From Camelus ferus (taxonomy: Eukaryota): a DNA stretch of 64,000 nt. The stretch's first letter is position 1. Each line of letters starts with the position of its first letter. Both the position numbers and the translations under genes were made by a program. This document shows, in pieces, positions 54,312 through 64,000 of this stretch. The notes beneath the pieces are model-generated. The model had not been told where the DNA came from, did no database searches, and saw only the letters and a list, made by a program, of their open reading frames with translations. The stretch is from positions 63,490,001-63,554,000 of the forward strand of contig NC_045707.1 in assembly GCF_009834535.1 (NCBI RefSeq), written 5' to 3'.

Positions 54312-54395
54312 TGCTCATTTTGCTGTCCTGTTTAAGAAATCTTTCCTTATCTCAAAGTTATAAAAAAAGACAATCTCCCATCATATACTCAAGAA

Positions 54396-54775
54396 CTGTA
54401 CTGTGCATTACCGTAGACACTTGCTACATGTGGCATTTACATTTATATCAACTAAATTTTTTAAGAAATAAGACTTCAGTTTCTCATGAACACTAGCAAC
54501 ATTTCAATGGTTCAAAGGGCACACGTGTCTAGTGGCTACTATAACGGACAGCACAGTCGTAGAATATTTCTGTCATCACAGGAGGTCCTTTTGTTTTAGA
54601 ATTTTGCTTTTTTTTTTCCTACCTTTATTGGGGGGAAGGGAAGTAGTTAGGTTTATTTATTTATTTTTAGAGGAGGTACTGGGGATTGAACCTAGGACCT
54701 GGCGCATGCTAAGCATGCAGCTCTGTCACTTGAGCTATACCCTCCCCCCTAGAAACTGCCATTGAATAGACCTCT
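54396..54775 (-). mobile_element. MER3-like hAT-Charlie MITE interrupted by a SINE
   Basis: 'cttgctacatgtggc...cacacgtgtctagtggctactataacggacagcacag...gaatatttctgtcatcacagga'. Confidence 0.8.
54608..54749 (-). mobile_element. tRNA-derived SINE, Vic-1-like
   Basis: Antisense 'gggattgaacctagg...tgagctataccctcccc' with a T-rich tail. Confidence 0.9.
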
Positions 54776-55559
54776 TCTAGAAGTTTTATTGTTCATTGTT
54801 TTACTTTCTCATATTCATGCCTATAACTCAACTGGAAGGATTCCTGTGAGATCCAGGATATTGTTTTCCAGAGGGATAAACAACTGACTCAGCCTGTTAA
54901 CTGAGAAGACTATCATTACTAGCACTGTAATGAAATTGTTGTCACAAATAAAAATATATACGTATATATACATACATGTATGCAAAAATATATTTACATT
55001 AAAATATTTTTACATAGCTTTAGTCTTTATTTGTGACAAGTATTGAATAAAATGAGTCATCTTGTCTTTCAAAGACGTCTTGGCTATTTTTGGTCCTTGG
55101 CATTTCCATATAAATTTTAAAATCATCTTATTACGTCCTACTAAAAAAGAATTTTAATTATAATTGATATTCCATTGACTCTATAAATCGATTTGAAAAG
55201 AGTTTTCATATTTATTATACTGAGTCTTCCAATCCATGAATATTGCAGACTCATCAAAATATTTAGGTCTTCTTTAATTTCTCTCAATAATATTTTATCT
55301 TTTTCTGTAAAGAGTTTTACACATCTATGAGATTTACTCTAGGTTCCTTAATTCTATTTGATGCCACTGGATTTTCCTATACTCTGTTACTGTTATATAG
55401 AAACGTGGTCAATTTGAAAAATTTTGATGATACACCTCACAACCTCGCTAAACTTATTTTTTTTAATTCTACACACTTGATCATATGCAAATAATTCTTA
55501 TATCCCTTATTACTTTTCCATAACTTATTGAATTGGTTAGTATCTATAATGCATGAATC

Positions 55560-56088
55560 TGTAGGGGGGTCTCCAAGGGTACCTGCAGGTTTTATGACTC
55601 ATCAGAAGGACTCACAGTTTCCAGCATTTAGTCACATTGAATTACTACAGCAAAAGGTTACAGCGAAAATTCAACAAAGGAAGAAAGCACAAAGAGCTAA
55701 GTGTGGAGGAAACCAGGAGCAAGTTTCCAAGAGTCCTTTCCCAGCGGCGTCAGACAAGACGTGCTTAACTCCTCCAGCACTAACTGTGACCATGTGGAAG
55801 TGTTGTCCACCAGGGAAGCTCCTTGGAGATTCAGTGCCCAGGGTTTCTATCTGGGTTTTTATAGGTACTCTCTGCCTAGCACATACTAAAATTCCAGATT
55901 TCGAGAAGGAAAACATAAACCACGTTGTTTGTACAAACAGTACAGGGCCTGTGAGTCACCCATCAGCTTGGGAAAGGGTGGAAATACTCTGGAAATCCAA
56001 GCTTCCAGATGCCAGCCAAGAGCCAACCTTGCAAGCCGGCCTTTCTAAGGACAGCATCTCAGGTCTGCTACGTTAACTCTTTTGTACA
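55560..56088 (-). mobile_element. MER21-like ERV LTR
   Basis: 'gaaggactcacag...ggaaatccaagcttccagatgccagccaagagccaaccttgcaagc...ctgctacgttaactcttttgtaca'. Confidence 0.75.
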
Positions 56089-56758
56089 ATGACTGAGAGT
56101 AACCAATAATATCTCTCTCTCTTTTTTTTTTTTTTTTGTTTGGAATATGCTTTTCAGGATCTATTATGGTTTCACTCACTTCATAAAACAAATGGAAAGT
56201 ATTCTCTCCTTTTCTTTTATTTGAAAGAGTTTGAGTAAGAGTGACAGTATTTCTTATTATTTTCTGGAATAAACTAGTAAAGTCACCCAAGCTGGAGTTT
56301 AATTTGTGGGAGAGTTTTTAATTACTGATTCAACTTATTTCATAGTTAATGAGACTATGCAGATTTTATATTTCTTGCTATGCTGGTTTTAATAAGATTT
56401 GTTCTAGGATTAGGGGCATTATCATCATCATCCCATTTACAGATGAATAAAATGAGGAAGATAATTTATCCAAAATTGCATAGCCAGTAAGTGGTGTCAC
56501 TGGGATTTCTGCCTATAAATTCTGTCTCTAGAGGACATGTACAAAACCATTATACTGCGCAGCTTCTTACTTAAAAGCATGTTTCATACATCAGAGCTTC
56601 ATTAAAAAATAAATAAATAAAATAAATAAACTTTTTAAAAAACATAAACTCTAAGTTTAAAGAATCAGAATCTCCTAGGGCCTGGTGTTCCATAGAGAAA
56701 AGTCTGATGTGTTTGATTTTATGACATCATTTTAGGTCACTAGGAAATAGTCTAAAAT

Positions 56759-56932
56759 CAGTACCTTTCATAGTTGGCAGAGCATTCAAGATATTGTGCC
56801 AAAAATACATATTACAGGGCTCCAGCCCTGAACTACTAAATCAAAATCTCTGGAGGTAGAATCCAGGAATCTGCGATTTTAAAAATTCTCCCAGTCATTG
56901 TCACATATGCAGCCAGACTTGTAACACATTGC
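56759..56932. mobile_element. MER5-like hAT-Charlie MITE
   Basis: 'ctactaaatcaaaatctctggaggtagaatccaggaatctgcgattttaaaa...gcagccagacttg'. Confidence 0.75.
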
Positions 56933-57134
56933 TGCAGAGCTAAGGAACCTAGAAATCGTGACTGCTTAGTTCATGTGCTCAGACTATTAGCTAAAGTAAA
57001 CGTTGTTCCTCTTTCATGTCCATGGACAATACCGCTATCCCTGGCCAGTGTGTCTCCCCAAATGCTTGCTAATTCTCACATGAAAAAGCAAGTAAGAGTG
57101 GAGTTTACTCCATCCTAACTCATCACCAATAAAC

Positions 57135-57310
57135 GTCTGTCTCTCTTCCTAGTCTTATAAGAGGACCAGCCCTATCAGATAAGGGCCCCACCCTTATGAC
57201 CTCATTTAACCTCAATTACCCCTTAAGCCCCCATCTCAAAACACAGTCACGCTGAGGGGCTAACACTTCAACATGTGAATTTGGGAGAGGACACAATTCA
57301 GTCCGAAGCA
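57135..57310 (-). mobile_element. MLT1A/B-type LTR fragment
   Basis: 'gggcccacccttatgacctcatttaacctcaattac...ttcaacatgtgaatttggg...gacacaattcagtcc'. Confidence 0.85.
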
Positions 57311-57489
57311 GGTGTAATAAAAGCATCAATTACACAAAAATAACAATGGCAAACCTTTATTTTATGGTTTATATATGCCAGTGCTTAATGCTTTCTTTGC
57401 CCTATTCTTTTAATCCTCTGGCATCCTGTCAGGTATCTACCAGGACTGGCCACTTTTTACACGTAAGAAAAAGAGCCCCCCAAAGATTA

Positions 57490-57940
57490 AATAATAAAAA
57501 TCACAACATGCGTTTCTCCTAATTAAAAGTTTCCGATGACTTCCTATAATTCTTAAAATTATATCCAAACTCTACCATAGCGTACAAGGCCCTCCTTATC
57601 AGTTCTCTCTAGAATGTTCTTCGCACAAATCCCTGCATGTTTGGAGGCTTTGGGATTTAAGTCTTAAATGAAATACGTCTTTTCAGACCTGACTCTCCCA
57701 ATTACCTGCCAACAAAATGGCCAGTTTTTACTTTCTTTACAACACCATCACAAAGTATTCCATTTTATTATTTTGTTATATTTTTGTTTGTCTATCATGT
57801 CTTATTAAAATGTAAGCATCATATGGATAAAGGCCTTGCCTTTCTTCTTCACCTCTTTATCCCCCAGTACCTAAAACCCGGCATATAATAGCACTAAATT
57901 ACCCTGGATAAATGCACAAATAGATGAATGCAGGAATGAC
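57490..57940 (+). mobile_element. L2 3' relic
   Basis: 'aaatgtaagcatc...cacctctttatcccccagtacctaaaac...ggcatataatagcact'. Confidence 0.6.
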
Positions 57941-58099
57941 CTGTCCATAATCACACAGTTAAGTAAATGATAAAACCTGAATGCTAAACTGATCATTCTC
58001 ATTTCAAACCCCACAAAGTACTGTCTAAAAGGATGTATTCTAAAATTATACACCAAACTTAAAAACAAGGACTAGATTAATTCCTAGAAGAATTTGATT

Positions 58100-58350
58100 C
58101 AATAATGATTATACCTATCATTTATTAAGGACTTATTCTATGTCATGTACTCTACAAAGTGCTCTCCAAGGATCATACATTTAACCATCAAAAACACCGT
58201 ATAGAATCACTGCTATGATCTTCCTTTTGCACTAAGGAAATTAAGACTCATAGAGGTTGAGTCATTTACCCAAGTCACACCTAACAGGTCACTGAGATCG
58301 GACAGAACCCAGGTCTCTCTCTCTGTCTCTAGAATTTGAACTCTCATCCT
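58100..58350 (-). mobile_element. MIR SINE
   Basis: 'catttattaaggactta...aaggaaattaagactcatagaggttgagtcatttacccaagtcacac'. Confidence 0.75.
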
Positions 58351-60355
58351 CCATCCCATAAAGTTTGAGTTGTTTTAAAATAATGTGTCACTGTGTATAT
58401 ATATTATATATATCCTGATCTAAATATGTATTTACTTGATTCTTTCAAAATAAATTTAGAACAATGTGTGTCCAAAAATAATAGGTAAATTGTATTATCA
58501 CTCCTGACATTGTTTTTGTCTTCAGTCTTTCCCCTCTGCTAGAGAAACAAGATGTTATTTGATGGGGAAATTTTCCCAGCACTAAAATCAAATATGTTAC
58601 ATAGAAGGGCAGTTCCACTAGATAGAGGTTATAGATGGCAGATGTCCAGAGCTAATTCACTGCCTTTTAAATGAAATCGCAAAAATGTCTTTGAAGGGAC
58701 TTTTATACCACCTAATAAGTAACCTCCCAAAGTGCAGTGTGCTAGCGATCATTGACTAGCGCAAACCGCCGAGGCTAATGAATAAGGCTCATCTGAATCT
58801 GTCTGCATAAACGCCTTCCACTCAGGATATTTTTCCCCCTGGTTTTCTCCTGAGATGGCTATTTACAAACTAAAGTAGGAATCAGAGCCTTGCAAAGAGT
58901 TACCAGACATCTCCATTTTAAACATCTCTGGATGCAGAATGCTGATCTAAACGTTGGAATGACACATCATGGAGACAGTCTCTTGAATGTTTTGTATCCA
59001 AGACCCTGTCTCTCGCAGGCCTGGAAAACCAACTTTCCACAGAAGCAGATGAGTTATGATCTGTTAGCTTAAAGAATCCTACAGGGGAAAGGACACATGA
59101 AAAACATCCACAACTGAAACAATCCAAACAACGCAGAAATGATGGCAAGAAAATAAGTCCGTGTAAATTGCTAAACTGGGTAATATTCTGAAGCAAGTGA
59201 ACCAAGCAAAGATGAATTACTTTAAAAAGGTATCTGGGAGAGGAGTTTAAGAATTTCCCACCAACAGCCGAGGCTAGCACCCCGCGCAGCCCCAGCACAC
59301 AAACCTACTGCTCCGGATTTCAAGAACATCAGAACATCGAGTGGCACCATCGGGGTGGACTTGTCTTCACATAGATCAATTTTTCTAAACCAAAACTAAC
59401 ATTTACCACCCTGCCCAGAGCTTTCGCTTTTCTCCTGTAAATGTCTGGTAACAAAAGGATCAAATTCAGGAATAGAAGACTCCTTCGGGATCTGCAGAAG
59501 CAATCTTCAGCCTAGATCCAAACACCTCCTGACTATTTTCCTCGAAAGCACACGCAGCGTAAACAAATCCACCTTTATCACAGACGAGAGATTACAGAGC
59601 ACTTTTCCCCATCTTCACCTTCATTTGTACCTGTTGAATGAATTCCTAGATGGACGAGCTTGCTCCCAAGACTCTGGTCAGTTCCCCATAGCTACCCACC
59701 AGGCCTGCTACTCACAAAGTTTATTCCTCCTTTATCTCAGATACGAGCATATCTCTTGACTGCCCCAAACCTCCGATGATCCTATGTTTGGCAGAGAAAA
59801 GTTCAAAATATCCAGCCTGGCCCTCAGATCCTCTCCAGTTTGGCAATTTCCCCTCTCTTCAAACATGTGCCCAGTACACCAAACCATGTTTCAATCACAT
59901 AATTACACTCAGTTCCCTAAATGGACTCCAACACTACATATGTATCTAGGCCAGCATTTCTCAAAAACCAGCGCTTCTGTGGGCTTCCCAGAAACAGCTG
60001 AGGAAAGAACACTCTGGCCTTGATCCAGGCAGACCCCTCTGCCTGAAACGCCTTCTTTCTCCAAGTCACGAAAGGCCCAGCCTTCTGGGAAGGGCCCCAT
60101 CAGAGTCCATCTCCAAGAAAACAAGTGACTCTCTTTCCCCGACACGTACAGAGAATATGGACTTTTTTTTAAATCAAGTTATCGCTTTATAAATGAACAT
60201 CTATGCAACGTATTACAGCTTACAAAAAACTTTTGTCAATGTTACCTCCTTACATTTTCACAAAAGTCTTGTGTTTTGCAGTATTATTTTCTTGGGGGAA
60301 GAGGAAGACATTTTCAGAATCTCAAACAAGTTACTTTTATCTGAACCTCATTTTT

Positions 60356-60429
60356 TTTTTTTAGGAAAGTTTTTTCTTTTTTTTTTTAACTTTTTATTGA
60401 TTTATAATCATCTTACAATGTTGTGTCAA
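60356..60429 (-). mobile_element. Very short young L1 3' terminus inserted in a MIR
   Basis: Reverse complement matches the L1 end at 39780-39830. TSD tgaacctcattttt at 60342-60355 and 60430-60443. Confidence 0.9.
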
Positions 60430-61035
60430 TGAACCTCATTTTTATCTGTAAAAATTGAAATGATGATAACAATTAAGGGATCATTGAGTATATTGTTATG
60501 ATTATAAAACAAGCTACTTATTCCCAAGGACCTTCCACAGTTCTTCCACAAACAATACAAAGTGACGGGGGACTGTAAACAAATTTAACTGGCACATATA
60601 TTGAGTTGGTATGATATTTTTTTAATGGTGCCAACATTTAAAGATTAGGAGTTCACATAAAATCCAGATCAGCTTATCTCTCATTCTTAAAAAGAAGAGG
60701 AACAGAAGGTGCAGGAGGAGGTGTAATGCCCTGGAGTTGAGAAGCTGGTCTCTCCTTTGAAGAGGTATTTCTCTCCGTGGTGCCACAGTCCCCCTCACTT
60801 CCTATTGCCTCCTTGATGCTGAAGACAACTGTTCGTCTCCATTTATCAGTATATATGGTTGTCTTTCTCATAGGAGAGAAATAGATCTCAAATGTGTCTC
60901 TATCAAAATTGGGAAAGGGAAGGATGAGCCAAGAGGAGCTCATGTTTCAAGAAAATCAGGAAACAGCAGCAGTGAAAACTATTTCTAAACATTTAAAGAA
61001 ACATCAGAGAAAGTGAATCCGTGTCTCATACCTGG

Positions 61036-61392
61036 TGCTACGGTCTTAATGTTTGTGTCCCTCTAAGATTCGTATGTTGAAATCCTAAGCCCCAAGGAAA
61101 ATACTAGGAGTTGGGACATTTGGGACTAGGTCATGAGGGTGTGTCCCTCATGAATGGGATTTTTAGCGCCCTTAAAAGGGGTTCCAGAGAGCTTGCCTGC
61201 CCCTTCAGCCAAGTGAGGTTACAGTAAGAAGACAGCTGTCAATGAGGTGCTGGCTCCCACTGGACACCGAATCTGCCAGCACCTTGATCTTGGACCTCCC
61301 AGCCTCCAGAACTGTGAGAAATAAATGTTTCTTATTCACAAGCCACCAAGTCTACTGGTGTTTTGTTACATCAGCCCAAGTGGGTGAAGACA
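61036..61392 (+). mobile_element. MLT1A-type MaLR solo LTR
   Basis: TG...CA termini, 'ttggacctcccagcctccagaactgtgagaaataaat', perfect 5-bp TSD cctgg (61031-61035 / 61393-61397). Confidence 0.93.
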
Positions 61393-61449
61393 CCTGGGCT
61401 ACGTCACTCACATTACCCGCCTGGTCTCTGAAGTCATTTGGATTTGCAA

Positions 61450-61600
61450 CCCCAGATCGAGACTGTGAACTCCATGGAGAGAGACAGACAGACAGACAGA
61501 CAATATTTTGTCATTGTTGTTACTTCTTGCCATACCTTCCATGCCTAGAACAATGCCTGGCACAAAGTAGAACCTCAATGAGTGTGTGCTGAATAAAACA
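61450..61600 (+). mobile_element. L2 3' end
   Basis: 'gactgtgaactccatggag...tgcctagaacaatgcctggcacaaagtag...ctgaataaa'. Confidence 0.75.
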
Positions 61601-61808
61601 CAGTCTAACAGTAAGGAAGACAGCTATTTAGAAGTAACTGCAATTCCACAGTGACAAGGGCTACAAAAGAAGGATATACTGGATACAATGGAAACACAGC
61701 AGACTTTGCCACTTCATCCAGCAGAACATATAAGAAAGGTCAGCAAAAACGAGTCTGTCTCCTTGGCCACTCTCCACACCAGTCCCCACACTAAATGTTA
61801 GCTTTGAG

Positions 61809-62028
61809 AGCGGGGTCGGTAAACATTTTCTGTAAAGGGCCAGATAGCAAACATTTGAGGCTTTTTGACCCCTGCCACCTCTGCCACAACCATTCCACGC
61901 TGCCACTGTAGCACAAAAGCAGCCACAGCCAATATGGGAAAAAAATGAACATGGCTGTGTCCCAATAAAACTTTATTTACAGGCAGTGAGCCAAGCTGGG
62001 CCCACAGGCCAGAGTTCGCTGAATCTTG
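61809..62028. mobile_element. MER58A-like hAT-Charlie MITE
   Basis: 'ggggtcggtaaacattttctgtaaagggccagatag...ggctgtgtcccaataaaactttatttaca'. Confidence 0.9.
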
Positions 62029-62919
62029 TTCTGGAGGACAGAAACTACTTTTCCTTCTTTGTAGTTTGTTGAGTTGAACTATTTGGACTCTGATCTTCAC
62101 TGATACATTATTTTTCATTCCCTCGAAAGTAACTGACAATAACCACCTCCAGAAAAAAATGCTATTGCAGAAATAGTAACAGCATTTTTGGGGGGTGGCT
62201 TCCTAATGGAAACAAAAATCTTTGGACTTTCACAATTAAAGTCCTGACCGCAGTACAACTCCTTGGTCTTAAAAAAGATCCGAGGGAGTATCTGTTTAGA
62301 AACCTAAACCCTTGTAATGATGTAGAGAAAACTGACCTTAATTTCTCTGCTGAGAACTCGAGGAAAGGTGTTTACTGAGATTATGTTGGTTCCCTAAATT
62401 ACAGTTTAGATATCTGGGATAGAAAAAAAAAAAGGACATCATATGATACATATGCGATATTCTCTTAACAAGAAAATAAAGCTGTTCATCAGATGAAAGG
62501 CAAGAAAATGTCTCCATGTAAAAATTAACAATCTCTTTGGTCCTGATTGTCTCCAGTGGATCTGGGGACTAACAATTCTATAACAGGAAATTGGGGAAAG
62601 TACAGAGAAAAGAGGCAGAGAAAATGGAGAGATAGAAAGAGCAAATAATAAGGAAAAGAACAGACTGAGAGGGGGTTGCGGGAGGCGGATAGTAAGGAAA
62701 ACAGAGGAAGTGATCGGTGAGCCTGTGGTGGCAGGTGGCACGTTGCCAGGTGTTCCTTCAAGGTCACATCACTATCCCAGGGTCATGGATGGCCAAATCC
62801 TGGCTCACCATTTTACTTCATTTTGGTTTTTTGTTGTTGTTGTTGTTTTTTAAAACCTGGTACACAGTATTTTACAGAAGTAAAGGTAATTGGCTCATTT
62901 CAGTTCTGTGTATTGGCTT

Positions 62920-63318
62920 GTAAATGTGCCCCTGTACACGGAGGGCAAGGAGAGACCGAAGAAAGAGACCACTCCGGACTGGTAAGTGGCAGGTTTTCTA
63001 AGCAAGAGAACTTACTTATAAGGCTTAATAAGCAAGAAAACTTACTTACGAGGCTTGTCTTGGGAATCTCCACACCGGCCCGCCAGAATTCTAAAAGTTT
63101 ATATAGACGCTTTGACTGGGTTCAGTCACGTATTGAGTTCAGATGATCTCAACATCACCGGACTCGCTCAGGGCTGCACCCTTGGAACAGCTCCGGCCGT
63201 GGACTGGTGGGCAGAGTGTCAATTCCAAGGAAAGGGTGAGGCTCAGGAGCCTCCAACTGCCCCGGTCCAGACAGCGGTCAAACAGCAGTCACGTCCTCTC
63301 TGTGACCTCTCCCCAACA
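62920..63318 (-). mobile_element. ERV solo LTR with an internal ~30-bp tandem duplication
   Basis: Ends '...gtgacctctccccaaca'; duplicated unit taagcaagagaacttacttataaggct / taagcaagaaaacttacttacgaggct. The left boundary is uncertain. Confidence 0.65.
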
Positions 63319-64000
63319 TTAGGAAACAAGCATCTATTTTACACTCGGACCAAATATTGATTGATGTTACCGTGGGGTGTCTGGGTCCCTGGGATGTGCA
63401 TTGCACTTCCACCCACTGATAACTCTGTTGCGGGCAGAATCATGCCGTATTTGTGGATGAAAGATAATTCATGGGCCATAAAATAGGTCTGAAATGACTA
63501 AAACTGCAGTGACTGTCATTTAACGTGACTTTTGGATTTCAGTGACCGACTGAGAAGAGGATTCTTACGAGTGTGAAAGAACTCTATGAGGAACTCCAGA
63601 GAAACGAAACTCCCAGGTTCCACGCTCTGGAAACAATGTTGAAACTGGGATGGTGAGATTCATATGTGTTTTCCTTTTCCTATAATTTTCCCTCCCTGTT
63701 ACAAGATGACCACCAGGTCTTGATGTTTTCTCCTTAGCGGAGCTCCTGTTGCAAGACCCAAGCAGAAGGTGCCCAAAGATTATGCATCTTCCTGGATGTC
63801 TTTTTTTTTTCTTGGTCCCTAAAAGTCTAAACTCATGTAGGAAGTTATACTACATCTGCAAGGCAAGAAAAGGAAATAAGGTGAATACTTGGAGGGAGAG
63901 CGTCTCCCAATACTAGGAAAGGAACTGAGATCTGTGGGTTCTACAGCAAGGTTCCACAAAATGAGGAGGTGTCAGGACCCCTGAAAGGCATGAGGGCTTG

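Larger units (their letters stand above)
53200..56400 (-). mobile_element. Old L1ME-type element (antisense) hosting nested insertions
   Basis: 'gaaaagtgcacaaaac...', 'caaactgtttttcaaagtggctgaactaat', 'gagtcttccaatccatgaa', 'ttggaaagtattctctcc'-like motifs. Confidence 0.8.

Noticed and set aside
55528..56076. 182-aa ORF, the longest in the window
   Set aside because: Lies almost entirely in a MER21-like LTR, has a non-ATG start and no recognisable domain.

Overview
Mammalian, repeat-rich non-coding DNA (intronic or intergenic). Four tRNA-derived SINEs resembling the camelid Vic-1 family suggest a camel, llama or alpaca genome (inference). I found no recognisable protein-coding exon. The ORF track is explained by L1 ORF2 remnants, microsatellites and chance ORFs. 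The window holds young 5'-truncated L1 3' ends (several with clear TSDs), old L1M, L2 and MIR relics, ERV/MaLR solo LTRs, hAT MITEs, microsatellites and a 3'-truncated U2 snRNA pseudogene. The most notable observations are: (1) two dispersed copies of an unrecognised polyadenylated sequence, one fused to an L1 3' UTR fragment, suggesting a chimeric retroposon family; (2) a ~100-bp inverted templated insertion with telomeric repeats at its junction; (3) a minus-strand motif matching the recursive-splice-site consensus; (4) the tailless U2 retrocopy. Repeat subfamily names come from remembered consensus sequences, and boundaries of old elements are approximate.
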